DNA of 64,000 bases from Camelus ferus (lineage: Eukaryota). Below, in pieces: positions 23,190 to 36,387 of the stretch. The stretch spans positions 28,956,001 to 29,020,000 of the forward strand of contig NC_045696.1 in the NCBI RefSeq assembly GCF_009834535.1, read 5' to 3'. Both the position numbers and the translations under genes were made by a program. Every line of letters starts with the position of its first letter. The stretch's first letter is position 1. The notes beneath the pieces are model-generated. The model searched no databases and was not told the origin of the DNA. It saw nothing but the letters and a program-made list of their open reading frames with translations.

Positions 23190-25960
23190 ACTTGGCAGTA
23201 CTAGGAGATGACACAAAGGATTGAGGGTTCAGGATATATTTTTCCTTTCACCTACTTTGTGGCATCATTCTTATCTTCCTTTGGAACTAAACTCAGTCAT
23301 CTTATCCTAATAAAAATAAAAATTATTCTCTTTTATACTGATAACAGTGATGTAAGGAGTCCAAAAAGCCATATGGTAAACTAGGTTCCAGTACAATAAA
23401 ACCATTGCTGTGCTTCTTGGTAGAAAGATGGCTCGTTTTGTTCTGAGACCTTAAATCATCAGATCTAGTAGTTCTGGGATGAAGGAAAACATTTTGCCAG
23501 TCACTCATCAAGTGAAGTAGCTCCTAGACTATGTGCTCTTCAGTGGGAGAAAGAGCGCTGTGTATTGGTCACTGATTCAAAGCATGTTCTGCATCCTGTA
23601 GGTGGGCTTCACAACCTTGCAGGGCATGACTCTACAGATGGTGCCATAACTGCAGTTTCAATAGGCCATTCCAGCACCAAGCAAGATCAGCTGCTTCTGA
23701 TAATGTGGCCCATGCAATCATGATGGAACACAGAAATGTCAGCCCATTGCTTTACTTATGTTGGCTGTACAATAAATTCTTTTATCACAGCCAATGTTAA
23801 GTTGGATACAAAGCTGATGATTGTAGCACTGAGCAATCCACAGGTGGTGTTGCTATCTGAAGCATGGCGGTCTTGTTGATAATGAAAGCCTGCTGGAACC
23901 AACTCACTACCAGATGACTCTGATACACCACAGGGATTTTGCCACATTGATAACCTGACATAGATCTCTGATGCTGCATCATTGGCTTTCAGTGGGGGCA
24001 ACAGCTGCATGAGCTTTAATCAGGGGACATATATACTGTTGAACACTTCTAGGACCAATATGCCTGGCCCCATGCCTACATGTTCATGAGCTCACTGAAC
24101 AAACACTGGGGTATCTGGCGAAGAGGCAGCTCATCTTGTCTACTGACTCAAATGCAATGTGGAGAGAGCATTCTACAGTCACACAAATATTTTCAAAGTC
24201 CGGGCCCATTATGAGAGGTCCATTCACATATTTCTTAATACATGTCACTGATCTTCCTATCTTCTTTCAGTTACCTATTAACGTAGCAAAACTTTTAACC
24301 ACTGTTTAATGTCAATTCTAATGTCAATGTCAATTGTAATTCTCCCCTGTGTCTCCTATACAGTAAATATAGATTCTATGTACAAGTTCCAGTTCTATTC
24401 AGAGAAGAGTTTTACTTACTCACTGTCCATCAGGGCTGTCATAAAACAGTACTCCTTCAGCTCATATTAGCATATTAGTTTTAAAAATCTGTATACCAGT
24501 CTTGAATTGTTTTCCTTATTCATCCACTGTGCATAAATAACTGCCATGATGAGGTTTCAGCTGCCAGTGCAGCAAGAATATTCACATTAAGAATCCACCT
24601 ATTAATACAATTTAACTATGATTTTTCAACCTGCTTGAGCCAGAATATATATACTGCTGGTCATGCCTGCTTTATGGTTTAGTTAAGTAAGAACACACCC
24701 ACTTCAAGAAGAGCAGCTCAAATTACATGGTGCATGTTTAAACATGTCTCCATCAGGACCCAATACCAAACCTTGATCTCCATCTCAGAAGACGAATAAT
24801 CATTTGCTAAAGAAGGCATAATCTGGTTATAAAAGAAATAAGTCACGGGATGTAATATACAGCATGGTAACTATAGTTAACAATACTCTATTGCATATTT
24901 GAAAGTTGCTAAGAGAGTAAATTTTAAAAGTTCTCATCACAAGGAAATAAAAGTTTGTAGCTATGTAAGGTGACGAATATTACCCTGACTTCCTGTGGTG
25001 ATCATTTCTCAATATACACAAATATCAAATAATTATGCTGTGTACTTGAAACTAATATAATGTTATATGCAAATTATACATTTAAAAATTAGAAAGAAGA
25101 AGGCATAACTTTATTTCATAACTTGAATTGCCTCATTGTAATTCTTCTATGGGGTTTTAAACATGAGCCATAGAGCACAATAAACTACTCATATATGGAA
25201 AAAATATTCCTTAAAAGCCTATATACTTGGGACCATGTTAACGAAAACTTATTCAAAATAATTGAAGGAGATTTTTCTTTCATACCATCCTTATATTGTC
25301 ATGTTTTGTATCTCTTGCCATTATATATATATATTTCCAGCTTTTCCTCCACTGTACATAAAGTTCCTTAGTTGCACAGCAACCTTGTTCGTAACAGAAA
25401 TTATGAGGAAGTGCACTGTATCAGAACTGCACAAGTAACTTATAATAGTGGCCCTTCTCCCTCAATACCTTTCCATGTTCCTCCCATGATCCATTCTTTG
25501 GTGGTAAATAACAACAACAATCTCCTTCAAGCCCAGTCGCAACTCATGTGTTTGAATAGTGTTCTTTAGCTGTATTTTTGCTAAAATTGACATTAATTTC
25601 ATAATGTTGTAATCATAGATGATCAGTATACATTCCAGGATCCCCAGGATAAAGATATAAAACAACGTATCACATGGACTTCAGAACTGAGTATGTAGGT
25701 GAGATAATACTTATGCTAATTAATGCCTCATTCTAGATATTTTTATAGGGATATAGAATATGAGCATCTCAGTTTAGAACCTGGGTTAGGTACTAATCTT
25801 CATTTTATCTCTTCATTTCCATTATAATTATCTTATCTTTTATAGTCCACTCAACCTAAAATGAAATTTACCCAAATCTCACAGCACCTAGAATCCATTT
25901 TCATTATTTATCTTCTTTTTTGCCCATTGCATCAGTAAATATATGATACACGTTCTTTAC
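23190..25960 (-). mobile_element. ERVL internal (pol) relic
   Basis: Minus-strand translation near 23640-23710 gives PHY-EAADLAWCWNGLLKLQL (ERVL integrase HHPEAAGLIERWNGLLK). Near 24070-24110 it gives Q*AHEHVG (HHCC region). Degenerate YxDD context near 25600-25630. Confidence 0.75.
24822..25096 (+). mobile_element. L1MA9-like 3' end inserted in the ERVL relic
   Basis: gcatggtaactatagttaac...gaaagttgctaagagagta. Perfect 12-bp TSD aagaaggcataa (24810-24821 and 25097-25108). Confidence 0.9.
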
Positions 25961-26033
25961 CTTCTAGCCCTAAAAACTGTGGTGAACGTTTTATTTTGTT
26001 TCTGTGTGAACCTTTTATTTTGACAGAACACTC

Positions 26034-26564
26034 TGTTATATAAATGGGCCAGAGTCTGCCCCTGTGTATTGATCGAAAATGGCCCCCATGCTGTTTACTT
26101 CTTTTACAGCAGGATACACTGTTAACCCAGAGCCTGCCAGTGCCAAATGCAAATTCTTATAATTCAAATGTTTAAATATAGTCCAACTAAACTTTTTTTT
26201 TTTTTTTTTTTGGTCATTTAGAACCTTCATATGTACTCTACCCTCCAAAACTGCAGCTACAAAAGACCCCAAACTGCTTCTGCTCTCTGGATCTCTTATG
26301 ACCCAGGGATTTGCCACCTTACTGCTGACCTACACCCCCCAGACAAGTCAAACTCCTCTGCAACTTCCTTTTCTTCCCCTGGAGGTTCCTGACGCTAATG
26401 TCCTTTTGAGTGGTAGCTTCTAGATGCTGTCTCTTGTTAGAAGGCACTTCCTCTTTCATATACTCCTGTCCAAGCACCATTCAGTAAAGCTTGTCATGTG
26501 TTACTGCCTCATGTGGTCCTGTTTTTCCCCCAACGGCAACTCTAAAATCCTCTAATTTACCACA
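26034..26564 (+). mobile_element. ERV1-class LTR (MER89/MER90/MER110-like)
   Basis: TGT...ACA ends; gccagagtctgcccctgtgtattga; aaattcttata...tttaaatatagtcc; AGTAAA signal near the 3' end. No clear TSD. Confidence 0.6.
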
Positions 26565-27147
26565 GTCTCAAAATTTAGCAAACTTCCAACCATGTGGCAC
26601 TCAATATACCTCTCATAGAAGCTTTGAGGCCATTTTCTTCATTCTCAGCCACTTCAAAAACTCCTGGAAGAAGGAATAGTCTCTAACTATTGAGACATAG
26701 TAGGAGGGAAATGAGAAATCTGAAGTTGTGAGCAGCCAAGGGCTGTAGGAACTCTGTCCCCTAGCAGCTTGAAGAGAAGTCACTTAGTGTTTGAAACATC
26801 AGAAATATTGGCGGTAATAAGAACCCAGTGTGTGCAGCAGAGAGAAACCATCAACAGAATTCAGATAACAGTAATCCTGGGCAGGGGGCTTCAGGGCAGG
26901 ACAATGGCAGCAGGGAGATAACAACCAATGACACTGGGAAAATAATTGTGTCCTAAACTGCTCCCTGTGTTGTTCATTACAATATTTCTAAAAAAAAAAA
27001 AAAATGTAATTTCTATTTGTGCCAGTCTCTCTTTTTTTCCAGAGCTGTTGGCTCTAGGAGTCATGTCCTGATATTCTTTGCTGAAATGGTGGGAAAAAAA
27101 AATAACACAAACACTTTTGCTTCTTTTCTCTAAAGTCCTGAAATGAA

Positions 27148-27174
<27 letters not shown>
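27148..27174. repeat. (AG)13 microsatellite
   Basis: Direct read. Confidence 0.95.
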
Positions 27175-27178
<4 letters not shown>

Positions 27179-28889
27179 AAGATGAAATGTTGATTATATG
27201 GTAGTCCGAGATGGGAGCAGAAAAAGGATGATTTTTGTGAGCCCATGTTCTTGAAACTCAATTCATCAGTTTGAAATTCAAACACTTGTCAAACAGGACA
27301 AGTTCTGCATGGTTATAACTTGGAAGCACTAAAGTTATTGATTTTTAAATTTAGATTCTTTGTCTTTTTTTATTTCTAGGAATACACTGAGTTTCGTAAA
27401 ATTCACTGCAATTTCAGTGGGACGAAAATGACACAGTAAATACAAGAAAACAACTTGAGAAAAATGCTCAAAAAGTAGTTTTTGGAGAATTGTATATACA
27501 CACAGGGCAAGCACATGTGTCAGATTTTCCGTTAGAGAGCTACTTATAATACTCTGACTTTTTCTGAGACAATATACTGGACTATATGGCCTAATTTTTA
27601 CCTCAGAAAATCACATTGCTCCATGTGCATTCTTCATTCATGCTGAAATAGGAAACCAATTCAAATGTACTGATGTCTTTTATATTCAATGAGTGAGTGT
27701 GTTACAATATTTATCAGGCTATATAATCTCAAAAACTTATATTTGTAATAGATTTGATGAGGCTGAAAATAGGCAATAACAAAATTTTGTAGTCTTAGAA
27801 GACCCAACTTAAATATTAGTTAAAAAATCAATCAAAGATAATAACATACTTACTAAGTTATTAGAACTTACTGTTATAACAGAATTCAAATTTAGTTCAG
27901 AAATTAGTTACATAAAATAGCTAATTATGAAAAAGCTGATTATAAAAAATCATATGTAACAATATCAACATTTTAAAGATTAATTTGTTAAACCTCTATG
28001 CTAGACTCAATCTGAGAAAAATTTTATCCTCAAACCTGAAAATATAGATTCAACTTCCATGTTACTCATTTTAACACTCCCATTTTCAGCTGCACACACT
28101 AAGCTCTAGTATTTTTATTATACTGATTTTAGTCAAATGTAGAATATACTTATAAAATTAATGAAAATATCCTCTTAAAATATTAAAGTGTAGAAAATTA
28201 TAAAAACAGTGCTTAACCAAAGAATCTAAGAGTTACTTTTTGACACATTTGCTGAGAGTTAAAATAAATAAATTGTTTTAGCAGTTGAAGGGAAATAAAT
28301 GTTCTGTTAAATTAATATTCATATACTTATGAAAAATTTGTTGCTTTATTAAAGTGAATCATAGCTTTAGATGTGCTTAGCTGAGATAACTTGGAAGAAC
28401 TGATTATTTAGGCATGAAACCAACAAAATATTCAATAAAAAATACTTTAGAAACTGGATTTTTTTTGCATCATTTCCACATATGTTCCTTTCCATTGGTT
28501 AATCAACAAAGTTAAAAAGTATTTTACAAAAGAAAACATACATTGCTTGTAATATTAATGATATTATTTAAAAATCTCAAACCATCAATTAATAAACAGA
28601 AAAAAGAAATCTTTACTCCTAATTATTTGTGTTGAAGGTATTCTGAAGCTATCCTTTATTAACTTATAAATTCTAATGTTTCCTCCTTAGGCCAGTGACC
28701 ATTTGTCCTTCTTAATAGGCCCAGAAAAGAGAGTTTCCTCACAAATTACAAGTCAGTTTTATTTAAGCAAATTCAGTACACAAAATAAACATTGATATAT
28801 GTTTATTCATGTTTCAAACTCTTTATTAAAAGTTGGGTCTTTATTCCAGATGTGCTTTCTAAATCAAGGACAAAAAAGTACTGTGTAAT

Positions 28890-31062
28890 AATTTCTAGAA
28901 ACAAACAATCCTCCAAGACTGATTCAGGGAGAAATAAATAATCTGGATAGATCACTAATAGTGAAATTGAATTTTTGTTTAAAAAGAAATAACTTCCCAA
29001 CAAATAAAAGTCCAGATGGCTTCAGAGGGGAATTCTACAAAACTCATAAAGAAGAGCTAACACCTCTCCTTCTCAAACTATTCCAAAAATCTGAGGAGGA
29101 AGGAACATGTCCAAATTCATTTTATGCAGCCACTGTTACCTTGACACCGAAACCAAAGACACTACAAAAAAAAAAAAAATGACAGGCCAATATCTCTGTT
29201 GATTATAGATGCAAATATCCTCAACAAAACATTAGTAAATAAAATTCAATAATCTATACAAAGGATCATACACCATGATCAGGTGAGATTCCATATCTCA
29301 AATAATAAAGGAAATTTATGATAAACCCACAGCTAACATTATACTCAATGGTAAAAAACTAAATTTTTTTTCTCTAAAATCAGAAACAAGACAAGAATGC
29401 CTGTTCTTGCCACTTCTATTTATCATAGTATTGGAAATCCTAGCCACAGCAGTCAGACAAGAAAAAAGTAAATAAAAGGCATCCAGATTGGAAGGGAAGA
29501 AGTAAAACTGTCACTATTTGCAGATGGCATGATATAGAAAACCCTAAATTCTCCACCAAAAAACAATGAGAACTAATAAATGAATTCAGTAAAGTCGCAG
29601 GATAAAAAATTAATATAGAGAAAACTGTTGCCTTTATACCCATGGGTAGTATACTATTAGAAAGAGAAAACAAGAAGACAATCTCATTTAAAATTATATC
29701 AAAAAGGATAAAATATCTAGAAATAGACTTAACCAAGGAGGTGAAAGACCTATACTCTGAAAACTATAAAACATTGATAAAGGAAATTGAAGGTGATACA
29801 AAGAAATGGAAAGATAGTCCATGTTTATGTATCTGAAGAATTAATATTGTTAAAATCTCCAAACCACCTGTAGCAATGTACTAATTGAATGTGATCCCTA
29901 TCAAAATATCTGTGACATTTTTTATAGAACTAGGACAAATAATTCTAAAACTTATATGGAATTACAAAAGACACTGAATAGTCAAATAAATCTTGAGGAA
30001 AAAAAGAACAAAGCTGGCAGTATCATACTCCCTGACCTCACAATATATTACAAAGCTATAATAATCAAGACAGTATGGTACTGGCACAAAAAACAGACAC
30101 AGATCAATAAATTAGAATAGAGAACACAGAAATAAACCAATGCACCTATGATCAACCAACCTAAAATAAAGGAGGCAAAAATATGCAATAGAGGCAAGAC
30201 AATCTCTTCAATAAGTGGTGCTGGGAAAACTGGACAGCTACATGTAAAAGGAAGAAAAAAAATATTTTATCACACCATATAGAAAAATAAACTTAAAATG
30301 GATTAAACTCCTAAATGTAAGACTAGAAACTATAAAACTCCTAGAATACATAGGTAGACCATTCTTTGACATAAACAACAGCAATATTTTTTGTTATCTG
30401 TCTCCTAAGGCAAAGGAAACAAACAAGTAGGACATAATTAAATTTAAAAGTTTTTCCACAGCAAAGCAAACTACTGACAAAGCAAAAAGACAACCTACTG
30501 TGAGTGGAAAAATATTTGCAAAATATATTACCAATAAATGGTCAATATCCAAAATATATAAACAGTTCATACAACTAAATATGAAAAAAACAAACAACCC
30601 AAATACAAAATGAGAAGACCTGAATAGACATTTTTCCAAAGAAGATATGCAGATGGCCAAGAGGCACCTGAAAAGATAATCAAAATCACTAATTAGAGAA
30701 ATGCAAATCAAAACTACAATGAGGTATCACCTCACACCAGTCAGAATAGCCATCGTTAAAAAGTCTGTAAATAATCAATGCTGGAGGGGGTATGGAGAAA
30801 AGGAAACCCTCCTACACTGTTGGTAGGAATGTAAATTGGTGCAGCCACTATGGAAAACAGTACGCAGGTACCTCAGAAAACAAAAAATACAACTACCAAA
30901 TGATCCTGCTTTTCTACTAGTTGGTATATACTGGAAGAAAACAAAGGCAGTAATTCAAAAAGATACATGCACCACAATGTTCTTAGCATTATTTACAACA
31001 GGCAAGAAAAGTGAGCAAACTAAGTGTCCATCAACAGATGAATAGAGAATACATGGTATATA
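28890..31062 (+). mobile_element. L1 ORF2 relic (RT through C-terminal domain), truncated at both ends
   Basis: ORF track peptides [50 protein letters not shown]. ctatttgcagatggcatg is a decayed FADD. Frameshifted. Confidence 0.95.
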
Positions 31063-31974
31063 TTAATGATTGTGAAGTTCATAATTCAATAATTCAGCGA
31101 ATTGTATATTCCAATATGAGTTTACCTTTACTATATGAAAAAAATGGCAGTTTGGTTTTATTTCTTCAGTATGAGAAACCTTTCCATGTTAATTATTTTA
31201 AATATGTGAGTATTAAAAGTTATTGCTGTCATAAATATAGGAATTAAAAAATTCTCTCATATGTATCTTGATAACTTAGTACACCCAAAGATTGTCATAA
31301 TAAAACTAGATAAAAAGATTCTTTCTTGGAAAAGAATCTCAGCCCAAAGAGAAGATTGACAGTAGTTATATTGGAAGGAAAATGGAGCTGCTAAGAATAA
31401 CTCAGTTATTACTGACATTCTAAGCAAAAGTATTTAAAGCATTTCAAATTCTTGTTCACATATGAAGGGGTGGTTAAAAATAAAAAGATGCCCAAATAAG
31501 GCTCAGAATTGTGATTTACATATAAAAAATGTAGTGGGTTTCAAATTTAATACCATCCCTAGAATTAATTCAGAAACTGGATATAGCTGTATGAAGTAAA
31601 TGAAGGTTTTGTAAGCAATAAAAGTTGCTTGTAATTTTAATCTCCGAGTAGAAAGTAACATCTGATAATCCCTCAGAGGAATCTTAGAATTTATTTTCCA
31701 AGTGATATTAAATGGACATGTTTGATTTATTTTCTTCTGATTGACACTTTGAACAAAGTTTTCATGAAGCCTAAGAAACATTAATTACAAGAGCTGTATT
31801 AAATCAGAAGACAGGCAACAGCCATTTGGGCTGCCTGGTAAGGAACATGGGGTTCTGGCAACATAAAATGACAGTGTAACAGAATCAAGTACAGAAGAGC
31901 ACAGAAATGCTACAATCTCCAGGCAATGCTATAATGAACTTTATTAATAGAGGTATTCCAATCCCCTAAAATCT

Positions 31975-32125
31975 GAATCATAGACAGGATCTAGGAGTTC
32001 ATCTTCATTTTACAAATGAACTAAGAACAACTTAGGAGGTCAGGTGAATTCCCTAAGATCATTAATAATTAATTCAAGGTTCAAACCTTATCTCAAGGCT
32101 TCAAATTTCTAGTCTAATGCACTTT
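31975..32125 (-). mobile_element. MIR fragment
   Basis: tcattttacaaatga...ggtgaattccctaagatca. Confidence 0.5.
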
Positions 32126-32649
32126 TCTCCTTTGTCATGTCTCATTTTTTAAAGACGTAGTATCTGAAGTATGCTTTTTTTACAGGTTGCTAAACCCTTT
32201 AAAACATATTTACTTGAGATAATCTAAAGTTGATATCAGTGATTTTTATCTCAAGCTACTAACTGTATAAAAATAAACATCAATGTTATAATTCATGGTG
32301 GGATATGAATTAATATTTAATTCATAGATAAGTTGGGTTATATAATTTATACTTGATATTTAGAATATATATGGCAGTTCAGATATGCCTGTAAGTTCTT
32401 TATAATAAAATGGGAAAAGTTTAAATCTTTCAGTTAGTGAAATAATTTTTACATTTTTCAGTTCACCTGTCCGAAATATCAGGGACCAAAGAATATCTTT
32501 TAAACAGGATGCAAACACATAGACATTCCTTGAATAAGTAAATGGAGATAAATTCATCAAAATACCATCTTGTTTTTCTTATTCTCCTAGGAAATCAGAT
32601 GAACTACAAGACTACTGCATTTGTTAAAATCCCATTACTTTCTTCCACT

Positions 32650-32825
32650 CCAGGGCTTTTTTAACTTTAGATACATCAGAATCATCTGGTTAAATTGTTG
32701 ACATCACACCCAGAGTTTCAGATTCAGTAAATATGAGATGGGGTTTGAGGATTAACATTTCTAATAAATTCCTTGGTGACGCTGGTGTGGCTGGTCTCAT
32801 GAACACGCTTCAAGAACCAGAACTG
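32650..32825. mobile_element. MER5A (hAT-Charlie MITE)
   Basis: catcagaatcatctgg...cccagagtttcagattcagta...catttctaataaattccttggtga...cttcaagaacca. Confidence 0.7.
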
Positions 32826-33759
32826 TTTCACTCTACCTAGTTTATTTGTATTTTAATGTAAGCAATTATACATTATTCCATAAAATTAATTACTAATGTA
32901 ACTGTCAACATATTTTTTTCCCTTAGGCTATTTTTTTCTAACTTGGAGAAAAAAACTTGACCTGGGTTAATTTTCATATCTATCCACACTCTCCCATTGT
33001 TTTAAAACACAGTGTGCTTCAATCTATTCAAGCAATCATTATGAGATCCCAGTTCCCTATGATTTTAATCTATATTTCTCACTTTAGTATGAGGCTATTT
33101 CTTTATTTTTAAATACATCTGTCAATGGGAAATAATTGTGTTCTGGATTGTAACAATAATTTTTATAAATTTAATGATTGGTATTAAATAGACAATTGAG
33201 CCTCTCCTCAAATTTCTCCCATGAACAAACACCGATTGCAGCTCTTGATGGAAGAGTGCAAAATTGGTGAGTTGTGAAATACAGCCTGCCAGGGTACTGG
33301 GGGATCTATTAAATCACCTCGGTGTTTCTTCCACAGCCTGAATTACCAGTTCATTTATTTGTTCTTCCTTCAACTTCTTAGAGATTTCACCTGTAAAATT
33401 GCTCTCCCTTTGATCCTGCCTTGCTTTTCACAATTTAATTGAAATGTGGAAACAAAAAATGGATTCACAGAGAGTGAAATATTTTTTGAGTTTATACACT
33501 CACTAAAACATACAGTTCAGAATGTTTGTGTGTGGTGGTGGGGGTGGTATGTAGCTTCTCAGTTCTTGTGAGGGCAATGATCCCCTCTCTGATATAACTT
33601 ATCCTCAAAAGCCGTCCTGATTTTTTATTAGATCGAGTCATTATTTAATATTATATAATGGTCTATCAAAAATGGAATTGTTAGGGAATAGAATTAAATA
33701 TTTTTTGATGTGACAAAATTCTTACAAGACTTTCATAGTAGCTAAAACACTGGCAGGAA

Positions 33760-33970
33760 ATTTTTTTATTGAATTATAGTCAGTTTACAACTGTCAATTT
33801 CTGGTGTAGAGCATAATGTTTCAGTCATACATATATATTCATTTTCATATTCTTTTTCATTATTGATTACTATGAGATATTGAATATAATTCCCTGTGCT
33901 ATACAGAAGAAACTTGTTTATCTATTTTATATACAGTAGGTAATATTTGCAAATCTTGAACACCCAATTT
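33760..33970 (-). mobile_element. Camelid/artiodactyl L1 3' end
   Basis: T-run then attgaattatagtcagtttacaa...ttccctgtgctatacag, the reverse complement of the 4872 element. Confidence 0.9.
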
Positions 33971-35861
33971 GATAGCACCATGAGAATTTCTGTTCCCATG
34001 TCTCCTGTGTCTCTGAAAAGCAAAGAAAAACCAGTATTCCTTGAAGAGTTATGAAACTCACAGGAGAACTCCTAAAGTCAATTATGATTATCATAAATAT
34101 GTATGATTTGGATTTTACTTAAAATGTATCATTCTTAATGAACTGCTTTTAGAATTCAGGTTAACCTTTTGTTCTATAAAATGCTGAAATACAAGGCTTC
34201 TGGACATAAAAGAACACAACTGGAACTAGAATTCTCCAAGAACTGGCTGTGGGGTTATTTGCATGAGGCTCTTATTCTGAAGTTTGAAAGGATAAATAAA
34301 TAGACTGCATTTCTTCTGCAAGTCATCTAGAAATTAGAATTCAGATGCTACCAGGAACAACATTACACTGCAGTATCCGAAAAGGTATACTTTAGGTCGT
34401 GAAAATCTCAAGAAGCATCAATGTGTACCACATGTTGTATACCCTTATGGAAACAGGCTTGTGTGCTGTGGAATTCTAAAAACTTTGTTACTGGAATTTA
34501 TTTTAATGTGTATTTCGCATTATAAATCCCAAATATGTGGTAAATTTTTCAATGTCCCATTTGGAAATAAAAGTGAATCATTATAACCCCATTATAAGGT
34601 TAAAAAACATTATTTTACCAATTAATTTAATATTTTATAAAAAAAGAGGAGTGGATATTTCCCATACACTGTGGAGCATAAATGGAAGATTCAACTGAGG
34701 CTTTAGAGAAGTACTAGCCCATGCAAATAATCCATGAATAAGACAGTTGCTCACACATTACCAGTCCCCTACCTAGCTCTTCTATTTGAATGTATTTTGT
34801 ATTCTTCAGCTTAAAAGATCTAAGGGAGAGGAGGAGAAAAACCTCATTTCTGCTTTTGCTATACTAAAGCAGTACAAAGAATTACCAAATGTGATGTTTT
34901 TAACTCTACCTTAAATATCGTAAGTCTGATTTTGTGTCTTTGCCCTTAAAGTTTGCCTTTCCACTTTGGACAAAGGGATACTTCTCTACACACGGGACAA
35001 AACTCAGTGTGCATTTAAAATCAGAGTCACAGGCATACACAGTATTTACTTATGGGTGATATGTTACTTTTAAAAAAACTAATAAATGTTTACAATAAAA
35101 TGGTATTACATTGAACGTAAATAACTTTAACTGGACCAACAATTATTTTAATGCTCCCAGTCCTGGAGGTTTCAGAGATTTAAACACAATAATTAAAAAG
35201 AAATATTTTTAATAAAGTAGGCAGGTAGGTACACTTCATACTGAGAAAGAGTATTATATTTCAATAATATAAATGCTTACACAATTGCTCTCTTTGTATT
35301 AATTATGGATTTTTAAACCTTTGCTTTATTTTTTTATTTTTGGCTTAGACTCTATTGTCTATTTTGGGGGAGGTAATGGACAAATACAGTGGATATTTCA
35401 AAAGATTAAAAAGGATGGGGGTGTATAAAAGTAAGTCTCACCCCTAGTTTCCCAATTTTCTTCTCAGCAAAACTATATTTTCAACTTCTTGCATATCCAT
35501 TTAGAGATATTTTATGCAAATATAAGAAGTATTAAAAAGATTTAAAGTGGATATTCTGTCATGCCAGGGAAAGGAAATATATTTTAATAGCATATAGATT
35601 TCCATAATTACTTGTTCTCTTCCAAATATAAGCTTTAAATGTTTGCTTTACTTGAAATGTATTACATGATACATTTTTTAACCTTAGTTTTCTTAGATAT
35701 TATTGAAATTATAAAGATATTTATTTTAATGAATAAATATACTCTAAAATATTTCACTGAGCTTTATAAAAAATATTTTTATTTTTATGTGGCTTTTCTC
35801 ATTTTATTAAGTAGTGTCAGCTCAGACTTTTTTTTAAATTTGCCTTAAGAGTGAAGGTACA

Positions 35862-35922
35862 TTGGAAATTGACACAACATTGTAAACTGACTATAACTCA
35901 ATAAAAAAAAAGTTATAAAAAA
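35862..35922 (+). mobile_element. Extremely 5'-truncated young L1 (about 40 nt plus A-tail)
   Basis: gaaattgacacaacattgtaaactgactataactcaataaaa, flanked by perfect 15-bp TSD aagagtgaaggtaca (35847-35861 and 35923-35937) at a TT|AAGA site. Confidence 0.92.
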
Positions 35923-36387
35923 AAGAGTGAAGGTACAATAATAACTTAAACATACTTGGATTTTTTTGAGAGGGTACATCATAACTAGTGTTAATCATTG
36001 ATTGATTATCAGAATCATAGTAAGTTGTTACACTTCATTTGTAGACTATAATTCACATACATTGTACCCATATAGAAACCTGCTTTCCTAGTTTTTAAAC
36101 ATTTAGAGAATTAGAATTTGGAGGAGAGTATGAGAATAAAAATACTAATTGTCATTTTGCTTCAAAATCTTTGAAAATCAGTGTTAATTGGATTCTATTC
36201 CATTAAATTGTACACAATTCTGTCATTTAAAATCCATGAATTAAATATACCATATAGAACTCTCAGAGTTATTACAAAAGCTTTACCTGTGTAATATCTC
36301 TTGTTCCTTTAAACATACAACAAAGACAGAAATCTGAATTTCTTCAGAGAAATACCAGTCTATCCCAATACTGGAAAATATAATTTC

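Noticed and set aside
22723..25960. MLT2 LTR plus ERVL internal as a single provirus
   Set aside because: LTR is plus and internal sequence is minus, with an L1 fragment between them. They appear to be separate insertions.
33346..33389. Minus-strand 44-nt pseudo-exon reading GEISKKLKEEQINEL
   Set aside because: Acceptor lacks a polypyrimidine tract, the peptide is not recognised, and no partner exons were found.
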